Below, piece by piece: positions 50,826-60,804 of a DNA stretch of 64,000 nt. This DNA comes from Ignavibacteriota bacterium (GTDB lineage: Bacteria; Bacteroidota; Ignavibacteria; Palsa-1295). Every line of letters starts with the position of its first letter. The first letter of the stretch is position 1. The stretch lies in assembly GCA_963787835.1 (NCBI GenBank), contig CAWBEI010000006.1, positions 1 to 64,000 on the forward strand, written 5' to 3'. The translations under genes were made by a program, and so were the position numbers. The notes under the pieces are model-generated. The model had not been told where the DNA came from. It saw only the letters and a list, made by a program, of their open reading frames with translations, and did no database searches.

Positions 50826-52193
50826 TTACATTAACTCGCACCACGAACCCACCGCGGGGGCACTCACTTTAATATTAGGAAATGTTTCCAATATTAACTC
50901 ACTAAACGCAGCGATAGCAGCTTCATCGCCGTGCGTTAACACGACATGTTTCGGCTGAAGCCGTTTCACGATCTCCAGTAGTTCCTCACGGCGTGCATGC
51001 GCGCTAAACCGGAAGCGTTCTATTTTGCAACGAACGGGAACATCTCGTTTCATCGAGCCAAATCGAATACGCGTTTCCCGCTCTGCATGCGATACGGTGT
51101 AGCCAGGCGTTCGAGGATCCGTATAGCCAACAAAACAAATGGAGAAATTTGCATGCCTTAGCCAACGCTGAGCCAAAAGGTAACTTGCCGTTCCGTCCTG
51201 CATCATACCACTGGCGGCAAGTACTATGCTTGGTTCATTAAAATACTTTCCTCCGAACAGGAAATCTCTGCGTGGTAATTCAGCTTGCTCTATATCGGAT
51301 GTCTTATCCGTATCATTCGTTCGGGATCTGCTGGAAAGAAACTGGTCATATACCTCGCTAATCTTTCTTCCCATACCACCAGTATAGATCGGTACTTTTG
51401 GTATTTTACCATCGCGAATTGCATCACCGATCATGACGAGCATTTCCTGGAGTTTTCCGAGTGCAAAAACAGGCATGAGAACCGAACCACCGGCTGCAAG
51501 CGTCTCATTAAGAGACTGTATAAGGCGCTCCAACTCAAGTTCTCGTGAATGAGTCAGATAAGCATCAACTACACCATTGGTCGATTCTGATACAAGAACG
51601 TCAACGTGCTCAACCGGCAGTTCCGCGCCGGCGATGAGTCGTTGTGCATGCAGAGAAGTATCTCCAGTGTGAAAAATACGTTTGCCCTGGTGCTCAATCA
51701 AAATCCCTGCCGCACCCAATATATGTCCGCTTGGATAAAAAGAAAGGCTCACTCCGTTTGGCCAAAGCTCTCTCGAATTGCCAAATCCGATTGGCAACAT
51801 CTTACCTATTGTTTCCGGCAGCGCAAGCACTTTGTAATTTGGCAATGCATCGATCACATCCTGCGTATGCTGCTTTGGCAAAAGGCTCGCCGAATTCGCT
51901 AACATGATCTTCGCTAATTCGATGGTCTCGCTAGTTGCGTAAATAGAAAGGTCGGGATACGATTGCCTTACAAAAGGGAGCGCTCCAAGATGGTCGGTGT
52001 GTGCATGCGTAATAAAAAAATGATCTACCGGGTTGCCGGCCAATGATCGAATAGAAGGGAATGCGTCCCAGCCGGTCTTCTCTGGGTGGAGACCGGCATC
52101 AACTAAAATTCCATGACCATCGACGCCATAATAAAAGCTATTGGCGCCTATTTCGCGCCCTCCGCCGAGCGCCATAAATTTAATTTCCGCCAA
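50826..52193 (-). CDS. MBL-fold beta-CASP ribonuclease
   Basis: LGGGREIGAN, THAHTDH, GHILG, TGD, EST, PVFALGK, FSAHA, THG. Start placed at TTG 52193 (ORF track gives 52232). Confidence 0.92.
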   Translation of the reverse strand: MAEIKFMALGGGREIGANSFYYGVDGHGILVDAGLHPEKTGWDAFPSIRSLAGNPVDHFFITHAHTDHLGALPFVRQSYPDLSIYATSETIELAKIMLANSASLLPKQHTQDVIDALPNYKVLALPETIGKMLPIGFGNSRELWPNGVSLSFYPSGHILGAAGILIEHQGKRIFHTGDTSLHAQRLIAGAELPVEHVDVLVSESTNGVVDAYLTHSRELELERLIQSLNETLAAGGSVLMPVFALGKLQEMLVMIGDAIRDGKIPKVPIYTGGMGRKISEVYDQFLSSRSRTNDTDKTSDIEQAELPRRDFLFGGKYFNEPSIVLAASGMMQDGTASYLLAQRWLRHANFSICFVGYTDPRTPGYTVSHAERETRIRFGSMKRDVPVRCKIERFRFSAHARREELLEIVKRLQPKHVVLTHGDEAAIAAFSELILETFPNIKVSAPAVGSWCELM

Positions 52194-52318
52194 AATATGT
52201 GGTAGTTTGAACGATGAATTGCCGGAGCGCAAAGAGGGCTATGGTGCATCCTCAACCGCTCGGGGAATAATCCGCTGTTAACATCCTTCCAAAAGCGAAC
52301 AGTTCAGGGTGAACGCAG

Positions 52319-53401
52319 ATGATCGAGGCGTTGTCTATATCCTATCGAATGAGCGAGTACTTAACATCAAGTCCATCCCAGCGCCCGGTCTCACCATTGG
52401 GCAATAATGTTCAGTTATCCAAGCGGATACTAGTTGTGCTTATTCTGGGGTCTCAATTTTTAGGGTATGTGATTTTGACTCAAATCCGGTATGAGGGCCA
52501 GGGTTTAACGGCGGATTATGTACATTTAAAAAGCCTGAGCGATATTATTTCAGCATCGTTTTTACTGCTGAACGCGGCTCTTCTCCTTTTAATCATCTTC
52601 CAGCCAACCCGATTAGATAAAGCGTCAACCCTAACGGCATCAATTCTATCGCTGATATCCTTATGGCTTTATTCCGGAATTCGTCACACCCCACCAGAGG
52701 ATTTCTCTCCCGAGGCAGCGATCGTATTGTTGTTAGTAATGTACTTTTTGCTTGCAATTCTCCTTACGAAAGCGAAGGCAGGATATTGTGGTTTCCGATA
52801 CGTAACGCGGTTATTTCGAACGACTATCTTGATCACTATTGTTTATGTTTGTATAGCATTCTTCTATACGTTAAGTTACCAAACAGACTCCAACATTTCA
52901 GATGTAGCTAGTTTCAAAGCCGATGGCGCTGTTATCTTTGGCGCGGCAGTATGGAATGGTAATGGCCTCGGAGATCGTCCGAGTCCCGCATTGCGAGAAC
53001 GAATTGCTTTGGGGTATGACTTGCTTACAAAACATGCCGTTTCCAGAATAATTGTCACTGGGAGTAATGCTCCAGGAAAGCTTGCCGAGGCCGAAGTTGC
53101 AAAACGTGAATTGATCCGCTTAGGCGTGGATCCATCACAGATCATCGAGGAAACTTCCTCTCACTCGACATTGGAGCAGGTATTATTTCTCAGAGATCAG
53201 TTAAGCCGAAAGTATGAGTGGAATCGTTTCGTAATTGTGAGCGATCAATACCATCTTGCCCGCGTGTGTGAAATGTGCAAATTCAATGGGCTAAGTGTTA
53301 TAGCCTGTCCTTCACACATTCATGAGCCATTGCTTGATCTTGTTTATTACCGGCTTCGAGAAAGCGTTGCCTTGCTCGAATACTGGTTTTTCGGACGTTG
53401 A
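52319..53401 (+). CDS. Membrane protein with a C-terminal YdcF/DUF218 (ElyC/SanA-like) domain
   Basis: About five TM helices, then VIFGAA..PSPALRER, VTG, ETSSHSTLEQ, VSDQYHLAR, RE. Confidence 0.85.
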   Translation: MIEALSISYRMSEYLTSSPSQRPVSPLGNNVQLSKRILVVLILGSQFLGYVILTQIRYEGQGLTADYVHLKSLSDIISASFLLLNAALLLLIIFQPTRLDKASTLTASILSLISLWLYSGIRHTPPEDFSPEAAIVLLLVMYFLLAILLTKAKAGYCGFRYVTRLFRTTILITIVYVCIAFFYTLSYQTDSNISDVASFKADGAVIFGAAVWNGNGLGDRPSPALRERIALGYDLLTKHAVSRIIVTGSNAPGKLAEAEVAKRELIRLGVDPSQIIEETSSHSTLEQVLFLRDQLSRKYEWNRFVIVSDQYHLARVCEMCKFNGLSVIACPSHIHEPLLDLVYYRLRESVALLEYWFFGR

Positions 53402-53406
53402 CGTCC

Positions 53407-54363
53407 TTACGATGACTGATCAAACTGCTCAATCATTCTTCGAGCGGCTTCATATTCTAAGATTAAATTCTGAATAACCTGATCGCAGGTAAGCAATTCA
53501 TGTACTAATCCTGACGATTGCCCCATTTCTAGTTCACCATCTTCGAGATTGCCTTCAAAAATTCCCTGCATTTCCCGCTTGCGGCCGAGTAATTCAATTT
53601 CCTGTTCTTTTGTAGCGCCATGTAGTTGGGCTTCGAGTGCCAACATTGCAAATCGATTTTTTTTCAACCGTACTGGCGCGACCTTCTTCAGTACAAGTGC
53701 AGTGGCATCATCTCCCGACTCAATAATAGCTTGTTTGTATAATGGATGGGAACTAGATTCAACCGTTGCAGCAAAGCGCGTACCGATTTGAACGGCCTGG
53801 GCGCCCAGTGCAAGACAGGCCAGCATCTGCCTGCCATCGGCAATACCACCTGCGGCAATAACTGGGATCGTTACGGCATCCACTACTTGAGGGACAAGGC
53901 ACAGGGTGGTAATTTCATCGATACCGTTGTGCCCACCGGCTTCGAATCCTTCGGCAACAACCATATCGCAGCCAGCTTCTTCTGCTTTGCGAGCATGTTT
54001 TACACTTGCCACGACATGGGCAACGATACATCCGGCATCTTTAAGCTGTTTCGTATAAGCTTTAGGATTCCCAGCGCTCGTGAATACGATCTTAATGCCT
54101 TCCTCGATCGTGGTTTGAATGAGGGAAGCAACGTCGCCACGGATCAATGGGATATTAACCCCGACTTGATCGGCAACATCGGTTGCCTTAGCATTTCGAA
54201 TATGCTCGCGAAGCAACGCTGGCTTCATCGAGCCGGCACCGATCTGTCCGAGGGCGCCGGCTCGTGCAGCGGCAACAGCAAGCTTCCAGCCGGAAGTCCA
54301 TACCATGCCCGCCTGGACAATGGGATACCGAATTCCGAGGCGGAGCGAAAGCGGCGTTTGCAA
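53407..54363 (-). CDS. Nitronate monooxygenase / FabK-like flavin oxidoreductase
   Basis: PIVQAGM, AEGFEAGGHNG, AAGGIADGR, QIGTRF. Start placed at TTG just after the upstream stop. Confidence 0.9.
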   Translation of the reverse strand: MQTPLSLRLGIRYPIVQAGMVWTSGWKLAVAAARAGALGQIGAGSMKPALLREHIRNAKATDVADQVGVNIPLIRGDVASLIQTTIEEGIKIVFTSAGNPKAYTKQLKDAGCIVAHVVASVKHARKAEEAGCDMVVAEGFEAGGHNGIDEITTLCLVPQVVDAVTIPVIAAGGIADGRQMLACLALGAQAVQIGTRFAATVESSSHPLYKQAIIESGDDATALVLKKVAPVRLKKNRFAMLALEAQLHGATKEQEIELLGRKREMQGIFEGNLEDGELEMGQSSGLVHELLTCDQVIQNLILEYEAARRMIEQFDQSS

Positions 54364-54365
54364 TG

Positions 54366-57191
54366 CTATGATTTCTTCTCCGGATAGAGAATAACTTCCA
54401 CGCAATTATCTCGGTTAAAATATTCCTTTGCCGTCTGGAAGATATCTTGTGGCGTTATGGAGTCATAGAGCTTGTTCCCTTCAGTGAGCGTTATCGTGGA
54501 AGGGTCGATCCCATTCCAATAACGATCCTGAAGCTGTGACATCCAATATCGGTTATCCTTCAAATTGACTTCAAGTTCGTTCTTGCCTATCTTTTGAACC
54601 CGGTCGATATAGGTGGATTCAATAGGCTGTGTGGTGATCGTATCGATCTGCTTCATGACTTCCGCGACCAGTTCATCGACGCGTGCCGGGTCGCAGCCGA
54701 AATTGATCGTGATCTGATACTGATCGTGAGGGATCTTTTGAAAGGAAGGAGAAACTCGAACATAATAAACACCGCTTTTGTCTTCACGAATATCCTCGCG
54801 AAGTTTAATTTCAAGCGCCTGCGCCATTGCAGAAAGCTTGAATCGATTCTCGCGTGAGAACTCTTTCTTTCCTGAAAAGATGATCGAAACAACGCTCTTC
54901 TGCGCCTCTCCCTTATAGACCTTTTTCACGATCATGCCTGTCGGTGGGGTAATCCCCAAATCCTTCCAGGTCGTATGCTTATTCGAGGAAGGCAGGGAAG
55001 CGAGATATTTCTCGACCATGGGTCGTAATGTTTTGGGATCGATATTGCCGACAAAATAAAAGGTGAATCCGCTTGCATCGCCAAAAAGAGTCTTGTAATA
55101 GCCGAATGCTTTCTGAGGATCGATCTCGTTCAATGTTTCTTCCGATTGAGGTCTCGCGCGATAATTATTTTGTGCCATCGTCACCTGAAGTGTATCTCCG
55201 TACGCGACTTCGGGCATTTTGCCCATATTTTGGAGCATAGACTTCTGATGCGAAAGCCACGTGGCCGAGGCCGCAGAATCGTAGCGAGGTTGTGTCATAT
55301 AAAGATAGGTGAGTTGGAACATGGTTTCAAGATCCTTCTTTGTGCTGTGTCCATCGAGATCTTGTCTCAACATTCCAATATTCGAGGAAACATCAACCTC
55401 TTTACCAGCAAGCATCTTCTTTAGCGTAGTAGCGTCGAATCCAGCGAGACCGGAATTCTCGACAATATTATCGCCGCTTTGTGCTGACATGTACTCCGCA
55501 TCCGGGGCGTTGGAACTTCCACCGGGCGCAGTTGCATGGAAAAGGATCTCGTCATCCTTGAAATCAGTAGGCTTCAGAACAACGCGTGCTCCATTCGAAA
55601 GCTGCCATACCGTCACCCCGATGGACGCAATATTCTGTTCGTCGGTGATCTTGCCGGGTTTTGGTTGGGTCGCCAGGAGGGGAGCGTTGCTGGTCTTATC
55701 ATCATACGCAGCATAATGCTCGTTCTTCGTCTTATTGATAATTCCCATGATCTCGTCTTTCGTCGGAGGCGTGAAGCCAGAGGACTCTGGTCCCTCAAAC
55801 ATGACGACCGGGCTGGCGTTCTCCATCAGCTTTGGAGTTAGAGCGTTTACTTCCTCAAGCGTTATGCCGGGTGCATATTTTTTATAAAGCTCGTATTCAT
55901 AGTCGATACCAGGGGAAGGTTCCTTATTAAGGAAATTGCGAATATACTCTTGAGTGAAATTGACGTTTTTAGTCTTGTCTCGCTCCTGCCATTGCTTTTC
56001 CATTCCGCTGAGAAGTGTTTTCTTCGCTCGGTCAAGTTCTCCGGGAGTAAACCCGGTTTGTTCTGCGCGGTAAACCTGGCTTAGAACTGCAGTGATACCT
56101 GCTTTGATCGAGTCTTGCGACAGCAGGGCAAATATGCTGAAAGCTTTCAGGCGCCCGATAAATGCTCCATCTTGCACTCCAGCTTGCGTTAGCGGAGCCT
56201 CGCCTTTTTCAATCGCTTCTTGAATTCGAGCGTTGAGCATTTGATCGTATAATCCTGTAACGAGGTGATTATAGCGATAATCTCCAACTGTGAGTTCGTC
56301 CGTTCCTGGCCGCTCGAATTCCATAGAGAAGATGGTCAAGGGCATTTCCTTATCCGTATTAATAGCTACATACGTCTCCTGATGTGGAGGGATAGGAAAT
56401 TCTGTTCGTGGCCGCTCATTCGTTGGATTGGTAAGGGGTGTGAAGACGGCTTTGATCTTTTGTTCGACCTTATCGACATCAAAATCACCAACAACGATAA
56501 CAGCCATCAGGTCGGGGCGATACCAATCGTAGTAAAACCGTTTGATCGTTGATTGGTGTGCGGTATCAATAACGGGTTTGAGCCCAATGGTATTTCGCTT
56601 CGCATATTGGGAGCCCGCAAGAATAATAGGGAATTGCTTATCCTGAATTCTCTTAAAGGCACCCAAACCCATGCGCCATTCTTCGCCGACAACCCCGCGC
56701 TCTTTTTCTACTTCGACGGAATCGAAGGTATTGTTGTGTGCCCATTCGCCAAGAATATCGATGCCGCTATCGAGCACATTGCCTTGATCGGTTGGCAAGG
56801 ATTCCTGATAGACCGTTTCGTCGAAGGAGGTGTACGCATTGAGATCGGCGCCAAATCGAGCGCCGTGCTCTTCGAGGAACGATTCCAGCGTATTATGTGG
56901 ATACTTGACCGTGCCGTTGAACGACATGTGCTCGTTCAAGTGAGCAAGCCCTTGCTGATCGTCATCTTCCAGCACAGAACCGGCATGGACAGCGAGCCGG
57001 AGTTCAGCACGATGCTCCGGTTTGCCATTATGCCGGATATAATAGGTCAGTCCATTCGGCAGCTTACCGGTTCGAACATTGGGGTCGAACGGAAGCGGGG
57101 AATTTAGATCGGTTGACGGTGTCTGAGCCTGCGCTACGAGCGGCAATAGCGCACAAAGAAATGCGAAAGATAAAAAGCGAGATAGTCTCAT
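54366..57191 (-). CDS. M16 (insulinase / PqqL-like) zinc protease, exported
   Basis: Signal peptide, GKLPNGLTYY, HLNEH inverted zinc motif, NAYTSFDETVY, second half LSNGARV. Confidence 0.95.
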   Translation of the reverse strand: MRLSRFLSFAFLCALLPLVAQAQTPSTDLNSPLPFDPNVRTGKLPNGLTYYIRHNGKPEHRAELRLAVHAGSVLEDDDQQGLAHLNEHMSFNGTVKYPHNTLESFLEEHGARFGADLNAYTSFDETVYQESLPTDQGNVLDSGIDILGEWAHNNTFDSVEVEKERGVVGEEWRMGLGAFKRIQDKQFPIILAGSQYAKRNTIGLKPVIDTAHQSTIKRFYYDWYRPDLMAVIVVGDFDVDKVEQKIKAVFTPLTNPTNERPRTEFPIPPHQETYVAINTDKEMPLTIFSMEFERPGTDELTVGDYRYNHLVTGLYDQMLNARIQEAIEKGEAPLTQAGVQDGAFIGRLKAFSIFALLSQDSIKAGITAVLSQVYRAEQTGFTPGELDRAKKTLLSGMEKQWQERDKTKNVNFTQEYIRNFLNKEPSPGIDYEYELYKKYAPGITLEEVNALTPKLMENASPVVMFEGPESSGFTPPTKDEIMGIINKTKNEHYAAYDDKTSNAPLLATQPKPGKITDEQNIASIGVTVWQLSNGARVVLKPTDFKDDEILFHATAPGGSSNAPDAEYMSAQSGDNIVENSGLAGFDATTLKKMLAGKEVDVSSNIGMLRQDLDGHSTKKDLETMFQLTYLYMTQPRYDSAASATWLSHQKSMLQNMGKMPEVAYGDTLQVTMAQNNYRARPQSEETLNEIDPQKAFGYYKTLFGDASGFTFYFVGNIDPKTLRPMVEKYLASLPSSNKHTTWKDLGITPPTGMIVKKVYKGEAQKSVVSIIFSGKKEFSRENRFKLSAMAQALEIKLREDIREDKSGVYYVRVSPSFQKIPHDQYQITINFGCDPARVDELVAEVMKQIDTITTQPIESTYIDRVQKIGKNELEVNLKDNRYWMSQLQDRYWNGIDPSTITLTEGNKLYDSITPQDIFQTAKEYFNRDNCVEVILYPEKKS

Positions 57192-57284
57192 GGTAGTAAG
57201 AGGAATAAAGTGACCTCTTGCTACAATAAAAGGGCATAAGACGGTTCCGCCATATTTCAGCCGGTATGTTACCCTATGATTTCT

Positions 57285-57578
57285 TCAATATTTTGCCCGC
57301 AGCGTCTCGCAAAGGGATTCGAGTCGTGTTTGCAACCGGATATCGGCTACCTGAAAGGGCTCCCGAAGGGGATCGACTCGGCGAAAGGTTACCTCCGCAA
57401 GGGTAGTTGTACCAAAATCCTGCCTTTTGGTACGATCACCAAAATGCTGACCAAATCCCATTGCGACCTCCCGGATGTCGTGATCCGTTGACATTGTGGC
57501 GCGTCCATCTCTCTGAACTGTCAGCTTTGCGCCAGATTCCCTACTGACCGACTTGATCTCACTATTTATAGTGTGCAT
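57285..57578 (-). CDS. Hypothetical 97-aa protein directly downstream of lexA
   Basis: Starts 16 nt after the lexA stop on the same strand, with GAG upstream. Confidence 0.6.
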   Translation of the reverse strand: MHTINSEIKSVSRESGAKLTVQRDGRATMSTDHDIREVAMGFGQHFGDRTKRQDFGTTTLAEVTFRRVDPLREPFQVADIRLQTRLESLCETLRAKY

Positions 57579-57594
57579 AATAATACTCTAAAGA

Positions 57595-58272
57595 TCATTG
57601 AAATTTAAGTTGAAATACACCAGGACGCTTTTCATCGAGTGAGCGTAAAACGCTCGTAACCTTGCCGAGGATCTGAAAATCGATATTCTTCGTGATCGGA
57701 ATGGGCTTAAATCTCGCGTTAGCCGGTTCAAGGAAGATACCTTTTCTGGTTTTGCGGAAGGTCTTGACCGTCGCAGAATCATCCAGTCTTGCGACGACAA
57801 CATCGCCATTATCGGCTGTTGGCTGCTGGCGCACGATAACGAGATCGCCATCCATGATGCCAACGTCCTTCATGCTTTCACCCTGTACGCGAAGCCCGAA
57901 GATCTTTTTCGAAAGGTCCATCGGCTTAAACGAAAGCCATCCCTCGACATTCTCAATCGCAAGGATCGGCTCACCAGCGGTTACGCGGCCAATGACGGGA
58001 ATGGAATTCGAATGGCGCTCGCCGCCCCGCATGACCGAAGGCCGCGTGACCATCAGTGCCCGCGAAAGTCCTGCGCCACCACGCTCCAGAAAGCCCTTGC
58101 GAAGCAGAGCATCGAGATGCTTTCGCACCCCAAACGTGGAGCTTACACCGAGATAATCGGTGATTTCAGAGATGGACGGGGGATAACCCGAAATTTCGAG
58201 ATATTCCTCAATATAATCGAGTACTCGTTTTTGTTGTGTCGGAAGTTGGTCGCGTTCTAAGATCTTTGCCAT
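57595..58272 (-). CDS. lexA: SOS transcriptional repressor LexA
   Basis: wHTH (GYPPSISEI...HLDALLRKG), Ala-Gly cleavage site (GRVTAGEPILA), Ser (GESM) and Lys (ATVK) dyad. AAAGGA RBS. Confidence 0.97.
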   Translation of the reverse strand: MAKILERDQLPTQQKRVLDYIEEYLEISGYPPSISEITDYLGVSSTFGVRKHLDALLRKGFLERGGAGLSRALMVTRPSVMRGGERHSNSIPVIGRVTAGEPILAIENVEGWLSFKPMDLSKKIFGLRVQGESMKDVGIMDGDLVIVRQQPTADNGDVVVARLDDSATVKTFRKTRKGIFLEPANARFKPIPITKNIDFQILGKVTSVLRSLDEKRPGVFQLKFQ

Positions 58273-58391
58273 TTTGTTGTGTTCCTTTCAGTTTAGCTTT
58301 CTTTATGCAATTGGTGCCTATAACTCTTAATTGAATTGTCATTTCATGAACTGTGCCCTTTTTGAGCCAAATTCGCCATTTCTTCAATTTA

Positions 58392-58439
58392 GTGCTACTT
58401 CTAACACTTGCTCCTGAAAGCAGGTGCCCATCAAAGCAC
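58392..58439. promoter_or_regulatory. Two tandem palindromes, GTGC-N8-ACAC and GTGC-N8-GCAC (candidate LexA operators)
   Basis: Immediately downstream of the predicted lexA -10, 32 bp apart. Confidence 0.5.
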
Positions 58440-58444
58440 GACCT

Positions 58445-58473
58445 AACTTACGAAATAAAAACCACAAAGTCAA
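58445..58473 (-). promoter_or_regulatory. Predicted sigma70-type lexA promoter TTGACT-N17-TAAGTT
   Basis: Near-consensus -35 and a 17-bp spacer. Confidence 0.6.
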
Positions 58474-58553
58474 GTGATTTTAAAAGAATTTTTAAAATAA
58501 ATGATGTGAACCGTGATTTTATGGGATTTGGGGGATTAAGGACATGATTATTA

Positions 58554-58580
58554 TGTCATTCCCGCGTAAGCGGGAATCCA
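58554..58580. repeat. TGTC/CGTC-family palindromic repeat TGTCATTCCCGCGTAAGCGGGAATCCA
   Basis: Same family as 7119-7214. Confidence 0.85.
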
Positions 58581-58672
58581 ATCCTGTGGAGGCAAACCGT
58601 CTGAATTATTCAGAAAAAGGGGTTGTTTTTCGAGACAGCTTGAAAGTGGTATTCCCTGAAAGGAAATGTACT

Positions 58673-59491
58673 ATGAAACGAATCAGTCTTCTCGTTTTTG
58701 TGCTAATGCCAGCTTTAGCCTTCGGGCAGGCGGGTAATCAGCTTGGTCCGCTGCATTTGCCTTTTGAGTTTAAGATCACAGTGAATGGTTTATTTGCTCC
58801 ATGTATCGATGAATCACCATATAGTCCGCCGACCTCGTTTGTTTTTGATTGGATTATCGATTCTGGAGATACAAATTACCATCTTAACAATGACACAATA
58901 ACATACAACGATAGCGGTAGTAGTAACGTAAAGGAAGCTTCGTATTTTAAAATGATATTCGACACAACGACGGAAACTGTCCGGGAATTATCGTTTGCGG
59001 AATCTCAAGATTATATCGTAGGCTTTGGCGGTAGCGATTTTAGTCAATCATTGGAACTTATTAATTTAAAATACAACTCAACTTCTATTTTTAGCCCTAA
59101 CTCGGGCCTGACAAACCACCTCGGTGAAGCTTATTATTACTCTTATTGGGAAGCAGCTACCGGCAACCCACCACCGGAATGCGATACCTTGGTCTATGTC
59201 ACCTCTGTCAATCTCTCCGGAAACTTCCAACCGGTTGTGCTCTGGGCGGGAGTTGCCATGCCAGCTGCATCGCCATCGACCATTTCCATTATCGACTACG
59301 ATGGCACCATCCAATGTACTTTTCCTTCTTCCGATCAACTGCGCATTTTGGAACTCTACACACCGCTTGCTATGAAAGCCGCAGCCATCGAGATTACATC
59401 TGGACAGGGTTCAATTTCGCTACCGAATCTATCGAGGGGTCTATACTTCCTTCGGTTAGATGGAAATGTGATCAAGTTTGCGGTGCCTTGA
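58673..59491 (+). CDS. Secreted hypothetical protein with a T9SS-like C-terminal domain
   Basis: AAGGA RBS, signal peptide MKRISLL..AFG, tail LPNLSRGLYFLRL..KFAV. Confidence 0.78.
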   Translation: MKRISLLVFVLMPALAFGQAGNQLGPLHLPFEFKITVNGLFAPCIDESPYSPPTSFVFDWIIDSGDTNYHLNNDTITYNDSGSSNVKEASYFKMIFDTTTETVRELSFAESQDYIVGFGGSDFSQSLELINLKYNSTSIFSPNSGLTNHLGEAYYYSYWEAATGNPPPECDTLVYVTSVNLSGNFQPVVLWAGVAMPAASPSTISIIDYDGTIQCTFPSSDQLRILELYTPLAMKAAAIEITSGQGSISLPNLSRGLYFLRLDGNVIKFAVP

Positions 59492-59544
59492 GTGTTCAGC
59501 AAACACTGTGGAACCACCGAATTTGTCCTCTGTTCTGTTTACTT

Positions 59545-60798
59545 ATGATGATCAAGCGCGGCACACCGATCGGATTTGGTTTGCTACTATTTTTCCTATT
59601 CCTCCCTCAAAGCCCTCTTATTGCCCAGCGGCTTGCGGTTCAGGATATTGCCGGTAGCTGGGCCACGTTTTCTGCAAACGGATTTACTCCGCGTGGCGCA
59701 TTTACTACGCAGGAGGTTGGTGGCAAGATCTATGTGATTGGCGGTTTTACAGGATCGGATTACATTACTACGATCCAGGTCTATGATCCTGCAACGGACA
59801 CCTGGGACTCCATTCTGAATCCCACTGGCACGTTCACGCCGCGCAGGGGAATGTCTTCCGTTGTTGTGGGTGGGAAGATTTACACCTTTGGTGGCGCGAA
59901 TGGGTCTGGCGGTTCTAATGGCTCCGGGGCGCTGAATACGTGTGAAGTGTTCGATCCAGCAAAGAATACATGGTCAAGCCTGCCAAACATGCCTACTCCA
60001 CGGTGGCGCTCCTGCGCAGTGCTGTTAAATGGGAAAGTTTACGTCATGGGCGGCTACAATAGTGGAGTGGTTAATGCCTTCGAGCTCTTTGACACACTGA
60101 CGAATATCTGGTCGCAAGGAGATACCGCGGGCTTTCGCGCTCGCTCCGATTTCGCTGCGGAACTTATCAATGGAAAAATATATGTTGTCGGAGGCCAGGG
60201 TGACACCGTTTCTCCACAAGTATTCGATCCGGAATCGAACACATGGACAACTCCGGTCACAACAGGAAAGTATTTCGAGCGTCAGGGTCTCTCTGCAGCC
60301 GTTATCAATGGCGAGATCTATGCATTCGGCGGTGATGATGGTGGACTTTATTCCAATACCTTCGATGTATTCAACCCCGCTACCAATACATGGACAACAC
60401 CCGCAACATCCGATACGCCGATCAGCCGCGCTGGAGGTTGTGCAACACTATATAACGGAAAAGTCTATATTATGGGTGGCCGCGATGATTGGGGACAGTT
60501 GGACACGAATTCGGTTTTTACTCCGGCATCAAGTGGCGTAAGTGCAACGCATCCATCAAACTCGCTCGCTATATTTCCAGAACCAACAGATGGAATATTA
60601 ACTGTTCAAATGATGCCATCTTCAAATCCATCCCATCTCATTGTTATGAATATTCTGGGAAGAATACTCATAGACAAAATGATCGAACCCAGTTTCGGTA
60701 ACGTTTCAATCAATCTATCTGGGTTTGCATCAGGGATCTATCGGGTACAGATCACGACCGATACCACAATGTTTGAGCACACTATTGTAAAACGGTAG
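59545..60798 (+). CDS. Kelch-repeat protein with T9SS C-terminal domain
   Basis: Six GKIYxxGG...xFDPxxNTW repeats, then IFPEP...NILG...GIYRV tail. Confidence 0.9.
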   Translation: MMIKRGTPIGFGLLLFFLFLPQSPLIAQRLAVQDIAGSWATFSANGFTPRGAFTTQEVGGKIYVIGGFTGSDYITTIQVYDPATDTWDSILNPTGTFTPRRGMSSVVVGGKIYTFGGANGSGGSNGSGALNTCEVFDPAKNTWSSLPNMPTPRWRSCAVLLNGKVYVMGGYNSGVVNAFELFDTLTNIWSQGDTAGFRARSDFAAELINGKIYVVGGQGDTVSPQVFDPESNTWTTPVTTGKYFERQGLSAAVINGEIYAFGGDDGGLYSNTFDVFNPATNTWTTPATSDTPISRAGGCATLYNGKVYIMGGRDDWGQLDTNSVFTPASSGVSATHPSNSLAIFPEPTDGILTVQMMPSSNPSHLIVMNILGRILIDKMIEPSFGNVSINLSGFASGIYRVQITTDTTMFEHTIVKR

Positions 60799-60804
60799 AA
60801 CGCA

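Noticed and set aside
58380-58440. c-di-GMP-II riboswitch suggested by GGGCAC...GGAGC
   Set aside because: The downstream GUGCAACC pseudoknot partner and the upstream kink-turn elements are missing.
58544-58672. N-terminal extension MIIMSFPRKRES... of the ORF at 58544
   Set aside because: It is a translation of the palindromic repeat. The signal peptide and RBS indicate a start at 58673.
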